Part shown: positions 1-11,274 of the stretch, piece after piece
How positions within the stretch are numbered: position 1 is the stretch's first letter
Layout: each line of letters begins with the position of its first letter
Assembly: GCA_965213685.1 (NCBI GenBank)
Contig: CBDBZY010000064.1
Coordinates: 512,001-576,000 of the forward strand
DNA from: a bacterium
GTDB taxonomy: Bacteria > UBA8248
Length of the DNA stretch: 64,000 bases
Reading direction: 5' to 3'
Position numbers and translations under genes: made by a program
The notes under the pieces: generated by a model
Seen by the model: the letters and a program-made list of their open reading frames with translations, nothing else
Told to the model about the DNA's origin: nothing
Databases searched by the model: none

Positions 1-799
1 TAAAATATGAAATGGAGGATAACGAGTGAGTATCCAAAGTAAGATTATTCCAAGGAGGAATTACACTTGGAAGCAAGTTATGACATATTATGTTCTAGTA
101 TATGGGCAAATGATACAAGTATATATAATTATCAAAAAATAGTTTCTGTTACTGGTACTACACTGCAAAATCTTCATGTTTTAACCAATAAGAACACAGA
201 GGTATGAACAATGTGTAAGCTGTGTATAGGATATTCCCAAAGAAATATGATCAAGGGATTGAGTGGTAGAGTGAATGACAATCAATTAGTCTACACAGCA
301 AAGAAGGGATGGCTATTTCAACCTGAGTATGGTTATCTCAGTTACAAGTACTTGAGCTCAATTCTACCAATATGTTCACACTGTTCTCAGTTGCATATTA
401 TCATATCTGCTATACTCTATGGAATGTGTAAGGTGTCTCCAAAGTAATGGGTGTCGCGACATGTACTTAAAGTGTGACGGGTTGGAACATGCATGCCTTT
501 CATGATCAATGCTGTGGTCATGGATGATCAGTGTTTAAACTTACTCATGCCCAGTGACCTAGTGAACTACCTCTTCCTCTACTGCTCAATGACCTGTATT
601 ATTGGAGGATATCCTACTCATTCCACACATATTACACATCCAATCAGTGCCAGATGTTGAAGGCATAAACCTGCAACTGAGACAACCATACTTATGGGTT
701 AAACTAACCATAAAATTTTTACAGTGTGGATAAGTTATGTAGATATGAGCTTGACCCTCACATAGTCACATTGGCACATAGCTGCTTGACAGACAGACA

Positions 800-1400
800 A
801 CAGCATGTGCATGGAGTGAGTATGCATGATTGAACAGTCTCTGGCATTTATACAGCATCATTCTAAGGAACATTATGATGTGTGCACTGTGTGCCTGTAG
901 TGCCTATACTCAGGTTTCAGGAAGCATATCATATGTCCAACAGAATCCATAAGATTAATGACTCATTCATGGATGTTCTCTGAAAGATACCATGTAATAA
1001 CTGTGCCAACATTCCTCTATCTCAATAGCAAACCGTAGTATGTAATCAGTACATTTCTACCTCCGAGATAAGGACAACCCCTAACCTCGGGACAACAGAC
1101 AAGCTTCACACCCTGTGAAGACCAGTGGTCGTACAAAATTACCTATGTGAATGGACAAGTGGAAGCTCCACTTGAGGAGGACAGGGTAGAGTCAAAGGCC
1201 TTTTGAAGGTCATAGAAACACACAACATTGTACATTTTTCATTGTACATTTTTTCATTCTTCTAGGAGTACCCTCAAGGGTAGAAAAGACGGCCTCTGCT
1301 CTTCTCCAGTATGCTGTCTGGTTGAGGTGAGGTATGTCTCTCTCAGCCAGGTGACTTAGAAGACAAGCTAAAACTAAGGATTCCAACACTTTGACAACAG
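800..1400 (-). mobile_element. Degenerate non-LTR retrotransposon RT fragment carrying an internal DNA-transposon remnant
   Basis: ORF 1210-1458 contains KVLESLVLA..HLNQTAY..AEAVFSTLE, an N-terminal RT motif region. A close inverted copy lies at about 32760-33495 and a more diverged piece at about 40995-41180. Confidence 0.6.
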
Positions 1401-1471
1401 CATGTGCATGGAGTGAGTATGCATGATTGAACAGTCTCTGTTTTAGGCCCCCATGCAAATATATATGTGGA

Positions 1472-2629
1472 AAGTATGAAAAACATTTTCAAAAAATGTA
1501 TAGGGATGTAGGGATGGCCATGCCAAAAACTACAGAAACTAGGTGTAGGGATGGCAGTGTGCAGGCAAGACATGTTATACAAAGACTACACAACTAACCC
1601 CATCCCTACATCTTTTTTTATATCTGAAATCATTCTGTGAGTTATGCTACAAGATTACTGGGAAGAGCAATTTTTGAGCCAAAAAAAAAAGATGTAGGGA
1701 TGGGGTTAGTTGTGTAGTCTTTGTATAACATGTCTTGCCTGCACACTGCCATCCCTACACCTAGTTTCTGTAGTTTTTGGCACGGCCATCCCTACATCCC
1801 TATACATTTTTTGAAAATGTTTTTCATACTTGTTTGCATTTCTTTTTTTGCACAAGGGTATGTATTGTTCTTGCCACTGAAGCTTCTTTCAGAGTCCAGC
1901 AAACAAATCAGTGGTCATAACAGCCATTGCTAAGGCGGGTAGGGGTAGGGAGGGGCTTGAACACGGTCATTTCTGACTGAGTTGGGGGCTGAGTCCCTCT
2001 ACAAATTCTTGAGCTAGAGTAGCTACATATGTACCTCACTGTATCTAACTGGCCAACTCATCCCCGCTACATAATAGTATAGTGAAGTAAGACGCTGCTC
2101 GAACGCGCCATCAGATATGAGCAGCCTTTGCTACGTCTCGCGAACCTATAATTAATAGGCGTGGCTTCGCGAGGCCCGCCCTCACGTGCTTACCGTTTGC
2201 GCCACGTGACAGTAACTATTACAAAATGGTTGGGAAGTTGTCGGGGACGTCTAGTTTCTGCCCATTTGGGAACGTACTAAGAGTTTTATTAGCGCAGATC
2301 GTACTTGGTAGTGATTACAGTGGATCCGTGAAAGAACTACGGTGATTACTTCAGCCAGTTTTGAGATACGTTAGTCTAAAGAAATCTCTGAAGAAGAATA
2401 GGAAGAAAGACAAAACGACCTTTGGAGAGTTTTCTGGTAGTAAGTCAAGGGATGCATTTTAGCTACTTGGGGGGTATTGTTGGGTAGAGATCCACTGGAA
2501 TAGAATAGCTAGGAGCCCAGAAAGGCTTAGAACGCGAGCGTTCGCGAGTTAAGAAGGCTTTCCTATGTACACGCACTATGGGCGTGTCGGCGCCATCCCT
2601 ACATAGAGAGTCTACCGACTCTCTGATAA
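1472..2629 (+). mobile_element. Palindrome-ended non-autonomous element, copy 1 (Helentron/HINE-like architecture)
   Basis: Inverted arms of about 148 bp (1472-1619 and about 1684-1831). The far end has CCATCCCTACAT (2593-2604) followed by the stem-loop AGAGAGTC-TACC-GACTCTCT (2605-2624). The body matches copies at 5597-6755 and 29676-31570. Confidence 0.75.
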
Positions 2630-2649
2630 TGTCCTATAACTCACTGATA

Positions 2650-3050
2650 GTGTATACTCACTCTTTTTGCTGATGACCTGTTGCTATACAAACACATCAA
2701 ATGCAGTGGAGACTACTACCACCTTCAAGATGTTCACAGCATATATGATTGCATGAACATGCCCAAACAATTTCACTTTAAATTATGCTAAGTGTACAAT
2801 TATGCCTGTCACCAGGAGGCACTTCCACAACTTCACTTGAATAATAGGCCAATTGAACAGGTTTATGCATACAAATGTCATCATCAGACCTATCATGAGC
2901 ATCACACATCATGTTGTACAGGCAATTTTTCAACTACACCAGTAATCAGACTGAACTAAAACTCTATAAAATATTAGTGTGACCTCATCTAGGATAAATG
3001 TCCCAATTCTATACAAAATTGAAGACAATAGTTGAAATTGCTATAAACTG
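2650..3050 (+). mobile_element. Degenerate LINE RT C-terminal fragment
   Basis: ctctttttgctgatgacctgttgctatac reads LFADDLLLY, followed by an LNYAKCTIM-like motif; many stops and frameshifts. Confidence 0.55.
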
Positions 3051-3455
3051 TTTATCGTTTATATCTCCTATTCTCCTTCCTACACTGCAAAAAGGAGATG
3101 TAACTTTGCTGTTTTTATCTCAGTGCAGCTGAATGACATCATATTACTCCCACACTGAGTTCTTGTTTCTTCTACACTGCAAAAAATTTCATGGTTATTT
3201 TAACCAATAAGAATAGTTATCTCAGTTGCACATTTGTCCTCTCAACACTTGGCACTGAACAGAGGTATAAAAAATGTGCAAGATGTGTAGGATATCACCA
3301 AGGAGGGATTGAGTGATAGAATACATGACAGTCCATTAGTCTACTGAGCATGACAGAGGAGTGAGTTATCCTATACTCTTGAGATTGAAGCTGAATGACA
3401 TCACGTCACCCCCCACACAGAGTTATCCTATACTATTGAGATGGAAGGCTTGTGG

Positions 3456-3503
3456 CATAGATAATATAGACGCGTAACCCCCTACGCGTTCATACTATCT
3501 ATG
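3456..3503. mobile_element. 48-bp P-superfamily-like mini-MITE
   Basis: CATAGATA...TATCTATG termini, internal palindrome, 7-bp direct repeat CTTGTGG on both sides. An inverted duplicate lies at about 4001-4048. Confidence 0.7.
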
Positions 3504-4160
3504 CTTGTGGGCAAAGTGTAGGGTGTCTACAGGAAATTGACAGGGGATGGGTAAACAGCCCATGATGGGGGGTCAGTGTGGGGGTGGCTTGCACATGCGT
3601 ATGACCTTTGACCGATTCTTGTACGGTCAGAGTATGGTTATCTCATGAGCTCAATTCTACCAATATGTTCACACTTTTCTCAGTTGCATATTATCATATC
3701 TGCTATACTCTGTGGAATGTGTAAGGTGTCTCCAAAGTAATGGGTGTCGCGACATGTACTTAAAGTGTGATGGGTTGGAACTTTCATGATCAATGCTGTG
3801 GTCATGGATGATCACTTGGCACTGAACAGAGGTATAAAGAATGTGCAAGATGTGTAGGATATCACCAAGGAGGGATTGAGCGGTAGAATACATGACAGTC
3901 CATTAGTCTACTGAGCATGACAGAGGAGTGACCCCCCATCATGGGCTGTTTACCCATCCCCTGTCAATTTCCTGTAGACACCCTACACTTTGCCCACAAG
4001 CATAGATAGTATGGACGCGTAGAGGGTTACGCGTCTATATTATCTATGCCACAAGCCTTCCATCTCAATAGTATAGGATAACTCTGTGTGGGGGGGTGAC
4101 ATGATGTCATTCAGCTTCAATCTCAAGAGTATAGGATAACTCAGTGTGGGGGTGACATGA

Positions 4161-4273
4161 TAGCCTCGTTCCCAGGCTCTCCCCCCTAGCGCACACGTAT
4201 GACCTTTGACCGATTCTTGTACGGTCAAAGGTCATACGCATGCGCTAGGGGGGAGAGCCTGGGAACGAGGCTA
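4161..4273. mobile_element. 113-bp palindromic MITE, Academ(H)-like
   Basis: TAGCCTCGTTCCCAGGCTCTCCCCCCTAGCGCA and its reverse complement form the termini; perfect 9-bp TSD GTGACATGA (4152-4160 and 4274-4282). Confidence 0.85.
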
Positions 4274-4349
4274 GTGACATGATGTCATTCAGCTGCAACT
4301 GAGATAACCATAGCAAGGTTAAAATAACCATCTCCTTTTTGCAGTGCAT

Positions 4350-4770
4350 GAGAGACTGATGAGGCACAGAGTCAAATGCTTTCCTTATATCAAGCAAAAT
4401 GGCCCCGATATCTCTACCATGATCCAGTGTTTTTGCCACTCATTCACTACTGATTTCCTGCTTGAAACCCCATCAGTTGCTATAGAAACCTGCCTTGCTT
4501 CATTGAGGTGTTCATGCAGTTAGCATAGGCATTGAGGATGATGCTCAATCAGTATGCTTAAAAGTGGTAATAGGCCTGTAGTTGGATGCTTCATTGTGGT
4601 TTGATGATTTAGGAACTGGCACTATACAAGAGTTTCCCCAAAGTTTTGGAGATTGGCCAGGGAGAATGGATATAATAAACATTGTGTTAAGAGATGGTGC
4701 TATGCTGTGAGCAGTACGTTTTAGCATTATGGGTTATATCCCATCTGGACCACTTGCTTTGTTGTTACTG
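4350..4770 (-). mobile_element. Degenerate CR1/L2-group LINE RT fragment
   Basis: ORFs read MLKRTAHSIAPSL..IVPVPKS..SNYRPI and LLDIRKAFDSVPH. Confidence 0.75.
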
Positions 4771-5596
4771 CCGATGACTCCGCGCTGAGCAGTCATCTCT
4801 TATTACACTCGTTCTTCCCACGGAGCACAGAGGCCTCCTCCTCGCATCCCTGTTTCCGAGCAAAAGTCACTCCGCACATAAGGATGTTCCATGAACCATG
4901 CAATTAAGGGGCACGTTTGAGCTATACCACATGGTTCTGTGAGGTATGGGTGACAGCGATTGTGTTATGTCATAAGTCATAACGCATTCGAAATTTGTGT
5001 GGGTGCTGTCTGTATCTCGGAATGCTGGGGCAGTGACTTCCTCCACGGCCCTCAAGTTACTATGCTTTGTCTTAATTCCCAGGATCAGCTGATAGAATCT
5101 TAAAGAGTGGGCCTGATTCCCAGGTACAATTACTGGCTGGATCAAGCAGCAACAGAATGATGAAGAAGTACTGCTCGTGCACTTCGTAAACTTCGTCCAT
5201 AACATATTTCTAGTGTTGTATATTTTCTGTTTAATTTATATACTGGTAGTAGATCTATGGTGTCACATCTCACATTGGCATTATGTGTATAGCCATGTCC
5301 ACCTGAAATGGATCAGTACTGACCTAGACCTAGACCAATCTCTTTACCCAGCCTAGCTGGTACGCCACAACAAACCACGTAGGGTATTCACACAGTAAGT
5401 TGTTAATATGGGGAACATGACAGGCCTTCCTTGTCATCTTCTCAACTCCCCCCCCCCGCTTCCTCTTTCCTCTTATGCGCCTGCTACTCTCCTCTCCATA
5501 TGTTAAGTAGATCTAGTTTTTCCCTGCCCGTTCTTGTTTTGCCTTGCCTCGCAGCGCATGCCCGTGAAATACGAACCTTTCCGTCGCAGCAGCGAC

Positions 5597-6755
5597 ATAT
5601 CAGAGAGTCGGTAAACTCTCTATGTAGGGATGGCGCCGACACGCCCATAGTGCGTGTACATACAAAAGCTTTCTAAACACCCCTGCGCTAGCGTTCTAAG
5701 CCTTTCTAGGCACATAGCTACCCTATTCAGGCGTTTCTCTACCCATAGATACCTCCCAAGTAGCTAGAGTCTATCTACAGACTTCCTGCCAGGGAACGGC
5801 TGAACCGTCGGATTGTTCATCTTTCTTAAGAGATTTTTTCAATTGACCTACGCCCAAACTGGCTAAAGTTATCACGTTGGCTTTTGTACGTATGTCCTTC
5901 ATTCCTGTATGCGTAGTGCCTTTTACTACCAGAATGTTCGTACCTTCTCGATTCGATTCCGAGCAAAACGCAGTAGCCCCAGACTCTTCCCCACACTTAG
6001 AAGCCATTTTCTAATATAATGTCACGTGGCGGAGTTTTGAGCACGTGACGGCTGACCCTGCATGCGCGCGCCCCACGCGCGAAGCCAAGCCTAGATCTTT
6101 GACCTAGCTCTGTACAAGTAGCATCGTACTATTAAAGCTACACCTATTTTCGCTAGAGCACCTACAATAGCTACTGTAGCAACTGATTTAATTTTCCTTA
6201 TGTTTGTATGTTGATGATGCTTGTTTGATGTAGGCAGTCGCATACATGCAGTGAGTATATAGCTAAGAACTTTTTAAAGGGGCTCAGCCCCTTCCTCAAG
6301 TGGTGGTCCTCAACTTCTTCTTGCTATGTACTCCCAGCCCATGACACATAGCAAAAGCTGTCTGTGGTCACGAGTTTGTTTATTAGTGCCTGAAGGAAGT
6401 GCACTTGAACAGCACCCTCCTATATGGTGTACTATTGTACAGCAAAAAATGACACAAACAAGTAAATAAAACATTTTCCAAAAATGTACAGGGATGTAGG
6501 GATGGCAGTGCCAAAAATCACAGCAACTAGGTGTAGAGACAGGGCATACAAACACTGCACAAATAACCCCATCCCTACATCTTTTTTTGTGCGTGACCTA
6601 TTCTTTATTTATGCTCTGAGATTACTGGGAAACGACATTGTGCATGAAAAAAAAGATGTAGGGATGGGGTTATTTGTGCAGTGTTTGTATGCCCTGTCTC
6701 TACACCTAGTTGCTGTGGTTTTTGGCACTGCCATCCCTACATCCCTGTATATTTT
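5597..6755 (-). mobile_element. Palindrome-ended non-autonomous element, copy 2
   Basis: Terminus ATATC-AGAGAGT(cggtaa)ACTCTCT-ATGTAGGGATGG at 5597-5633; palindrome arms at about 6481-6588 and 6647-6755. Confidence 0.75.
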
Positions 6756-6955
6756 ATTTACTTTAATATAGAAGAGTTTCCAACCTGGGTAGCCTGGTAG
6801 CCCGGCCTAGCATTTTGCACAGGCACATGATGCCAGTGGATACAACAGAGCATGGCTATATTTCGAACGCAACACTGGCGTAAGAAGTAGAGGGGCTGGG
6901 AGGGCTACAGCCCCTCCCCCCACCATGTTTTTGGAAAGGGCCACACCCACTCAGT

Positions 6956-9247
6956 ACACCATCAATGTTCGGACGCTCTCTCGCTGCTGTCGCTCAATGC
7001 GTGTATTTTTCTGTGTACCTAAATGATAGTTCATAACCAGATACTCCACTACTAGGATTGGGGCAAGTCCTCGTGCCCCCGTTTTTTCGCTACTGGGCGA
7101 CAAAAATAGATATCGGACACAGGTATGTTCGGAACTGAGAATGTACCACCGGACTCACGCGAAACGTTACTCCACCGTACCGAACAACGCGGTGGAGGAC
7201 ACCACTCCCTAACACCCGACAACTGCGCTTGCGTCCCATCACATACTAACCTTTGACCTCGACGATCGGCTGCCTAAAACTGATCATTCACCGCTATTGT
7301 CCGCACGTACGAATAATGGTAAGACAACAACGAAAATGATGGAAAGGCAAGTATTCATACGGAGATCGGTCACAAGTAAAGCTAAAACTATCTGGCTTGG
7401 CTTCACTGACACGAACGCCCACGCAGCAGTCGTACCAGCCCCCGCAGTGGATCCACTTCAGTGGCGTAGGATGATTGTTTCATTAGTGGGGGCACTCCAT
7501 CAATATGCGGTCTAGATGAGAAGGCGTGGCTCCGCGCACTTAAGATACGGCGCAGTTACGCACGACCTTTGACCCCGTATTTGCGTGGACACGACACATC
7601 CACAGACGGTTCTATTATCTATGACGCATCGCGATGCAGCGCGTGACGAGAAGACTGCGAGTGAGGCTAGAGCCAACGTCTGGGTTAGCTCAAGGCAAGC
7701 TAAGTAATTTCTCTACTACATAGTACTATTGCTTGGGACATGAAGATACGGCTAAGTCATTACATACGCCTGCGCTCCAGCGAAATTGCCCCCCCCCTTC
7801 CCCCAAGTTTTAGTGTGGGGGGCACTAATTTCGCTGGAAAGTAGGCGTATGTAATGACTTGGCCATATCTTCATGTCCTATATATGTGAGGCACCATGTA
7901 TAAATCTAAGGCTACAATTATAGAGAGAGGCCACAATTATTGTTGTGAAGCTACATTAATATACAAATGTAAGACTGTGAAGTACATGTAGGTTTGTCAC
8001 ATGCAGGTCACACGAAATCATGTGATAGCTAACCAGCCTCATTAAAATGGCTACTAGAGAGGCTTTAGAGTTGACAGTTAGTGTTGCTGCAGGTGCAGTA
8101 TAGCAGGCAGTGAAGAAGACATTTATTATGATCAAGAGTGAGAATAATGTGTAGTGCATGTGCTAATAAGACTAGCAAGTGAATTGATGAAATGGAGGCT
8201 TATGATACTCCATCATTTTGTAACACATCCACTCACCATTCAAAATGACACATTACCATAAACTCCTATTCCACAAATGTGAGTCAATTCACTTGCAAAA
8301 TTATATTAGTACATGCATTACACAACAACAATTATTTTGACTCTTGACCATCATAAATGCCTTCTTCACTGAGCATGATGCCTGCAAGCTGCAAGTTGCA
8401 ACTGCCCCTGCAACGACACTAACTGTCAGCTCTAAAGACTCTCAAGTAGCAACTATAATGACATGATTTCATGTGATCTGCATGTGACAAACAACCTCAC
8501 ATTTATAAATGTAGCCTTACATTTGTTTCACATTTCTAAACGAGGCCTCATACACACAATTTCCCACACAATTCCCATAGATAATAGAACCGATCATTCA
8601 TTATCTATGGACGCGTCATGTTCCACGCAAATACGGGGTCAAAGGTCGTACGTAACTGCGCCGCATCTCACGTGCGCGGAACCACGCCTTCTCATCTAGA
8701 CCGCATATTGATGGAGTGCCCCCACTAATGAAACAATCCTCCTACGCCACTGAAGTGGGTCCACTGCGGGGGCTGGTACGACTGCTGCGTGGGCGTTCGT
8801 GCCAGTGAAGCCAAGCCAGATAGTTTTAACTTTACTTGTGACCGATCTCCGTATGCCTTTCCATCATTTTCCGCTGCCGTCTTACCATTATTCGTACGTG
8901 CGGACAATAGCGGTCAATGGTCAGAATTAAGCAGCCCATCGTTGAGGTCAAAGGTTAGTATATGATGGGACGCAAGCGCAGTTGTCGGGTGTTAGGGAGT
9001 GGTGTCCTCCACCGCGTTGTTCGGTACGGTGGAGTAACGTTTCGCGTGAGTCCTGTGGTACATTCTCAGTTCCGAACATACCTGTGTCCGATATCTATTT
9101 TTGTCGCCCCGTAGCGAAAAAACGGGGGCACGAGGACTTGCCCCAATCCTAGTAGTGGAGTATCTGGCTATGAACTCTCATTCAGGCACGCAGCGAACTA
9201 CACGCATTAAGCGACAGCAACGGGAGAGCGTCCGAACATTGATGGTG
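6956..9247. repeat. Large inverted repeat (about 650-bp arms) enclosing two further inverted-repeat elements
   Basis: 6956-7600 is the reverse complement of about 8610-9247; ORFs 7297+ and 8907- both begin MSARTNNGKT. Inner palindromes lie at about 7736-7879 and about 7963-8526. Confidence 0.85.
7736..7879. mobile_element. About 145-bp palindromic MITE
   Basis: GGACATGAAGATACGGCTAAGTCATTACATACGCCT...AGGCGTATGTAATGACTTGGCCATATCTTCATGTCC. Confidence 0.75.
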
Positions 9248-9289
9248 TCCGAGATTTGATGGCTTACTCTATAGTTGTCTAGCTGGCTC

Positions 9290-11272
9290 TAATACATTAA
9301 GAAGAAGATGCCTCTTACATCCTACAATCCATAACTCTTCTAAACTACAAATTTCTGAAACACAACTTCAGCATAAAATGTTGGCAGCCAAAGCTAGTTT
9401 TGAAGCAGATTTAATTCAAGAATCTTCTCCAAAGAATATCTCAAGGGTTTATAGATATATTAACAGCATCACTAGGCATGATACAATACCACCAACTGTC
9501 AGCCTGGACTCCCATATCGCCACCTCTGATATTGAAAAGGCTAATCTCTTCAACACATTTTTCCACTCAGTCTTTACACACAGCTCCTACAACTTGCCTC
9601 CTCTAGAAATACTACCCATGCCTCCTTCAACAATTAGTGACATAACTATATCTGAGTCTGACGTTTATGATGCGATGACTTCATTGAACCCAACTAAAGC
9701 AATGGGAATTGATGGAATTGGACCAAGATTACTAAAGCATTGTGCTTTAGCACTGTATCAACCTCTCCACCATCTATTTACTTTGAGCCTTGTTCAGCAT
9801 TATTTGCCCCAAGAGTGGAGATTTCACCTGATCACACCTATCTACAAGTCAGGAAATAAGTCTTCAGTGAAAAAATATAGACCTATCTCACTCCTCTGCA
9901 TTGTTTCTAAAGTACTTGAAAAAATTGTTTATGACAAAATTGTTTCATTTGTTTCCAGATCCATTTCTTCGTGTCAGTTTGGTTTCAGGCAGAATCACTC
10001 CCCTCTTCAACAGTTGCTACTATTCTTGAACTCTGTACATGAGTCCTTCAGCACAACTACACAGACTGATGTTATCTACCTTGATTTCAAGAAAGCTTTC
10101 GATAGCGTTGCACATAATGAGTTGCTCGTCAAACTATGGTCTTTTGGCATCCAAGGAAATCTTTGGAAATGGTTTAGAGGTTACCTTACTTCAAGAATGC
10201 AGTGTGTGTCTATAAATACTTCCATCTCAGCCCAATTACCTGTTATTTCTGGAGTGCCTCAAGGTAGCATTCTTGGCCCACTATTATTTTTAATCTTTGT
10301 GAATGACCTTCCTCCATCAGCGTCAACCTCAAGTGTTTTTCTCTTTGCAGATGACACTAAATGTCTCAAAACTATCCGTAACATCTCTGATTGTCTTTCT
10401 ATGCAGAAAGATCTGCAAAACCTAACAATATGGAGTCAGTGCTGGAAATTGATCATGAATTTCAATGTTGCAAAGTGTGCTCTCCTCCGCTTCTCCTCTG
10501 GATGTTCATCTGTTATCTTCAATTACACCATCAATGACAACTTAATCTCTGCTCAAGAAACTCACAGAGATCTAGGCATCATTATGTCCAGTGATCTCTC
10601 ATGGAGAGAGCACATGAAAAGTATTCTGTGCAGAGCTTACAAAACTCTCAACCTTGTTCGACGCTCATTTAGCAGAGGACACAGTCCTCAAACCAAGAAG
10701 ATCATCTATTTGTCCTTAATTCGTTCACAGCTTACATATTGTTCACAGATTTGGCGTCCCCACCTTCTGAAAGACATAGTAGCTCTTGAAAAGATCCAGC
10801 GCCGTGCAACAAAATATGTTCTGAATGACTACACATCAGACTACAGATCTCGTCTTATTGCTCTCCACATCCTTCCCTTGATGATGCAACTAGAGCTATT
10901 TGATGTCATGTTCTTTATTCGATGTCTGAAAGCACCAACTGATGCCTTCAACATATATGACCATGTTACCTTTCACACTAGCTCTACACGTTCTTCCACC
11001 CACCTCAAGTTGAAACATGTTTTGTCAAGAACAAACTCTGCAAGACATTTTTATTTCAACAGAATTCCTAGATTGTGGAATTCTCTGCCTACCTTTGACT
11101 TGGACCAGTCCATTTCCTCTATTAAGAGAGAGGTAATGCGTAACGCACTTCTGGCCATTAGTTTCCACTAATGGACCCTCAGTACATCTGTCTTTGATCG
11201 TATCACCACACTATCCACTCCCTTTCATTTCTGTACTGTGAAGCATAATAATAATAATAATAATAATAATAG
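9290..11272 (+). mobile_element. 5'-truncated CR1/L2-group LINE with open RT ORF (9378-11171) and (TAA)n tail
   Basis: RT motifs YRPISLL, YLDFKKAFDSV, GVPQGSILGP, LFADD; 3' end CTGTACTGTGAAGCA(TAA)n; paralog of the element at 41230-44051. Confidence 0.95.
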
Positions 11273-11274
11273 TT

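Larger units (their letters stand above)
3083..4346. mobile_element. CACTG-terminated (EnSpm/CACTA-like) non-autonomous DNA transposon with internal duplication and nested MITEs
   Basis: CACTGCAAAAAGGAGATG at 3083 is the exact reverse complement of 4329-4346. A second CACTGCAAAAA end lies at 3175. Related pieces with GCAACTGAGA/TTTAACCA occur at 160-720, 15386-15836 and 28075-28260. Confidence 0.6.

Noticed and set aside
1-158. Possible exon remnant at the window start
   Set aside because: Too short, contains stops and is truncated by the window edge.
1343-1933. Near-identical ORFs on opposite strands (MYNMSCLHTAIPTPSF..) and similar ORFs at 6310-6771 and 31111-31327
   Set aside because: They are by-products of the DNA palindrome; frames are not conserved among copies.
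7297-8907. Paired MSARTNNGKT ORFs
   Set aside because: They lie in the arms of an inverted repeat, start at TTG and diverge by frameshift; no protein motif.
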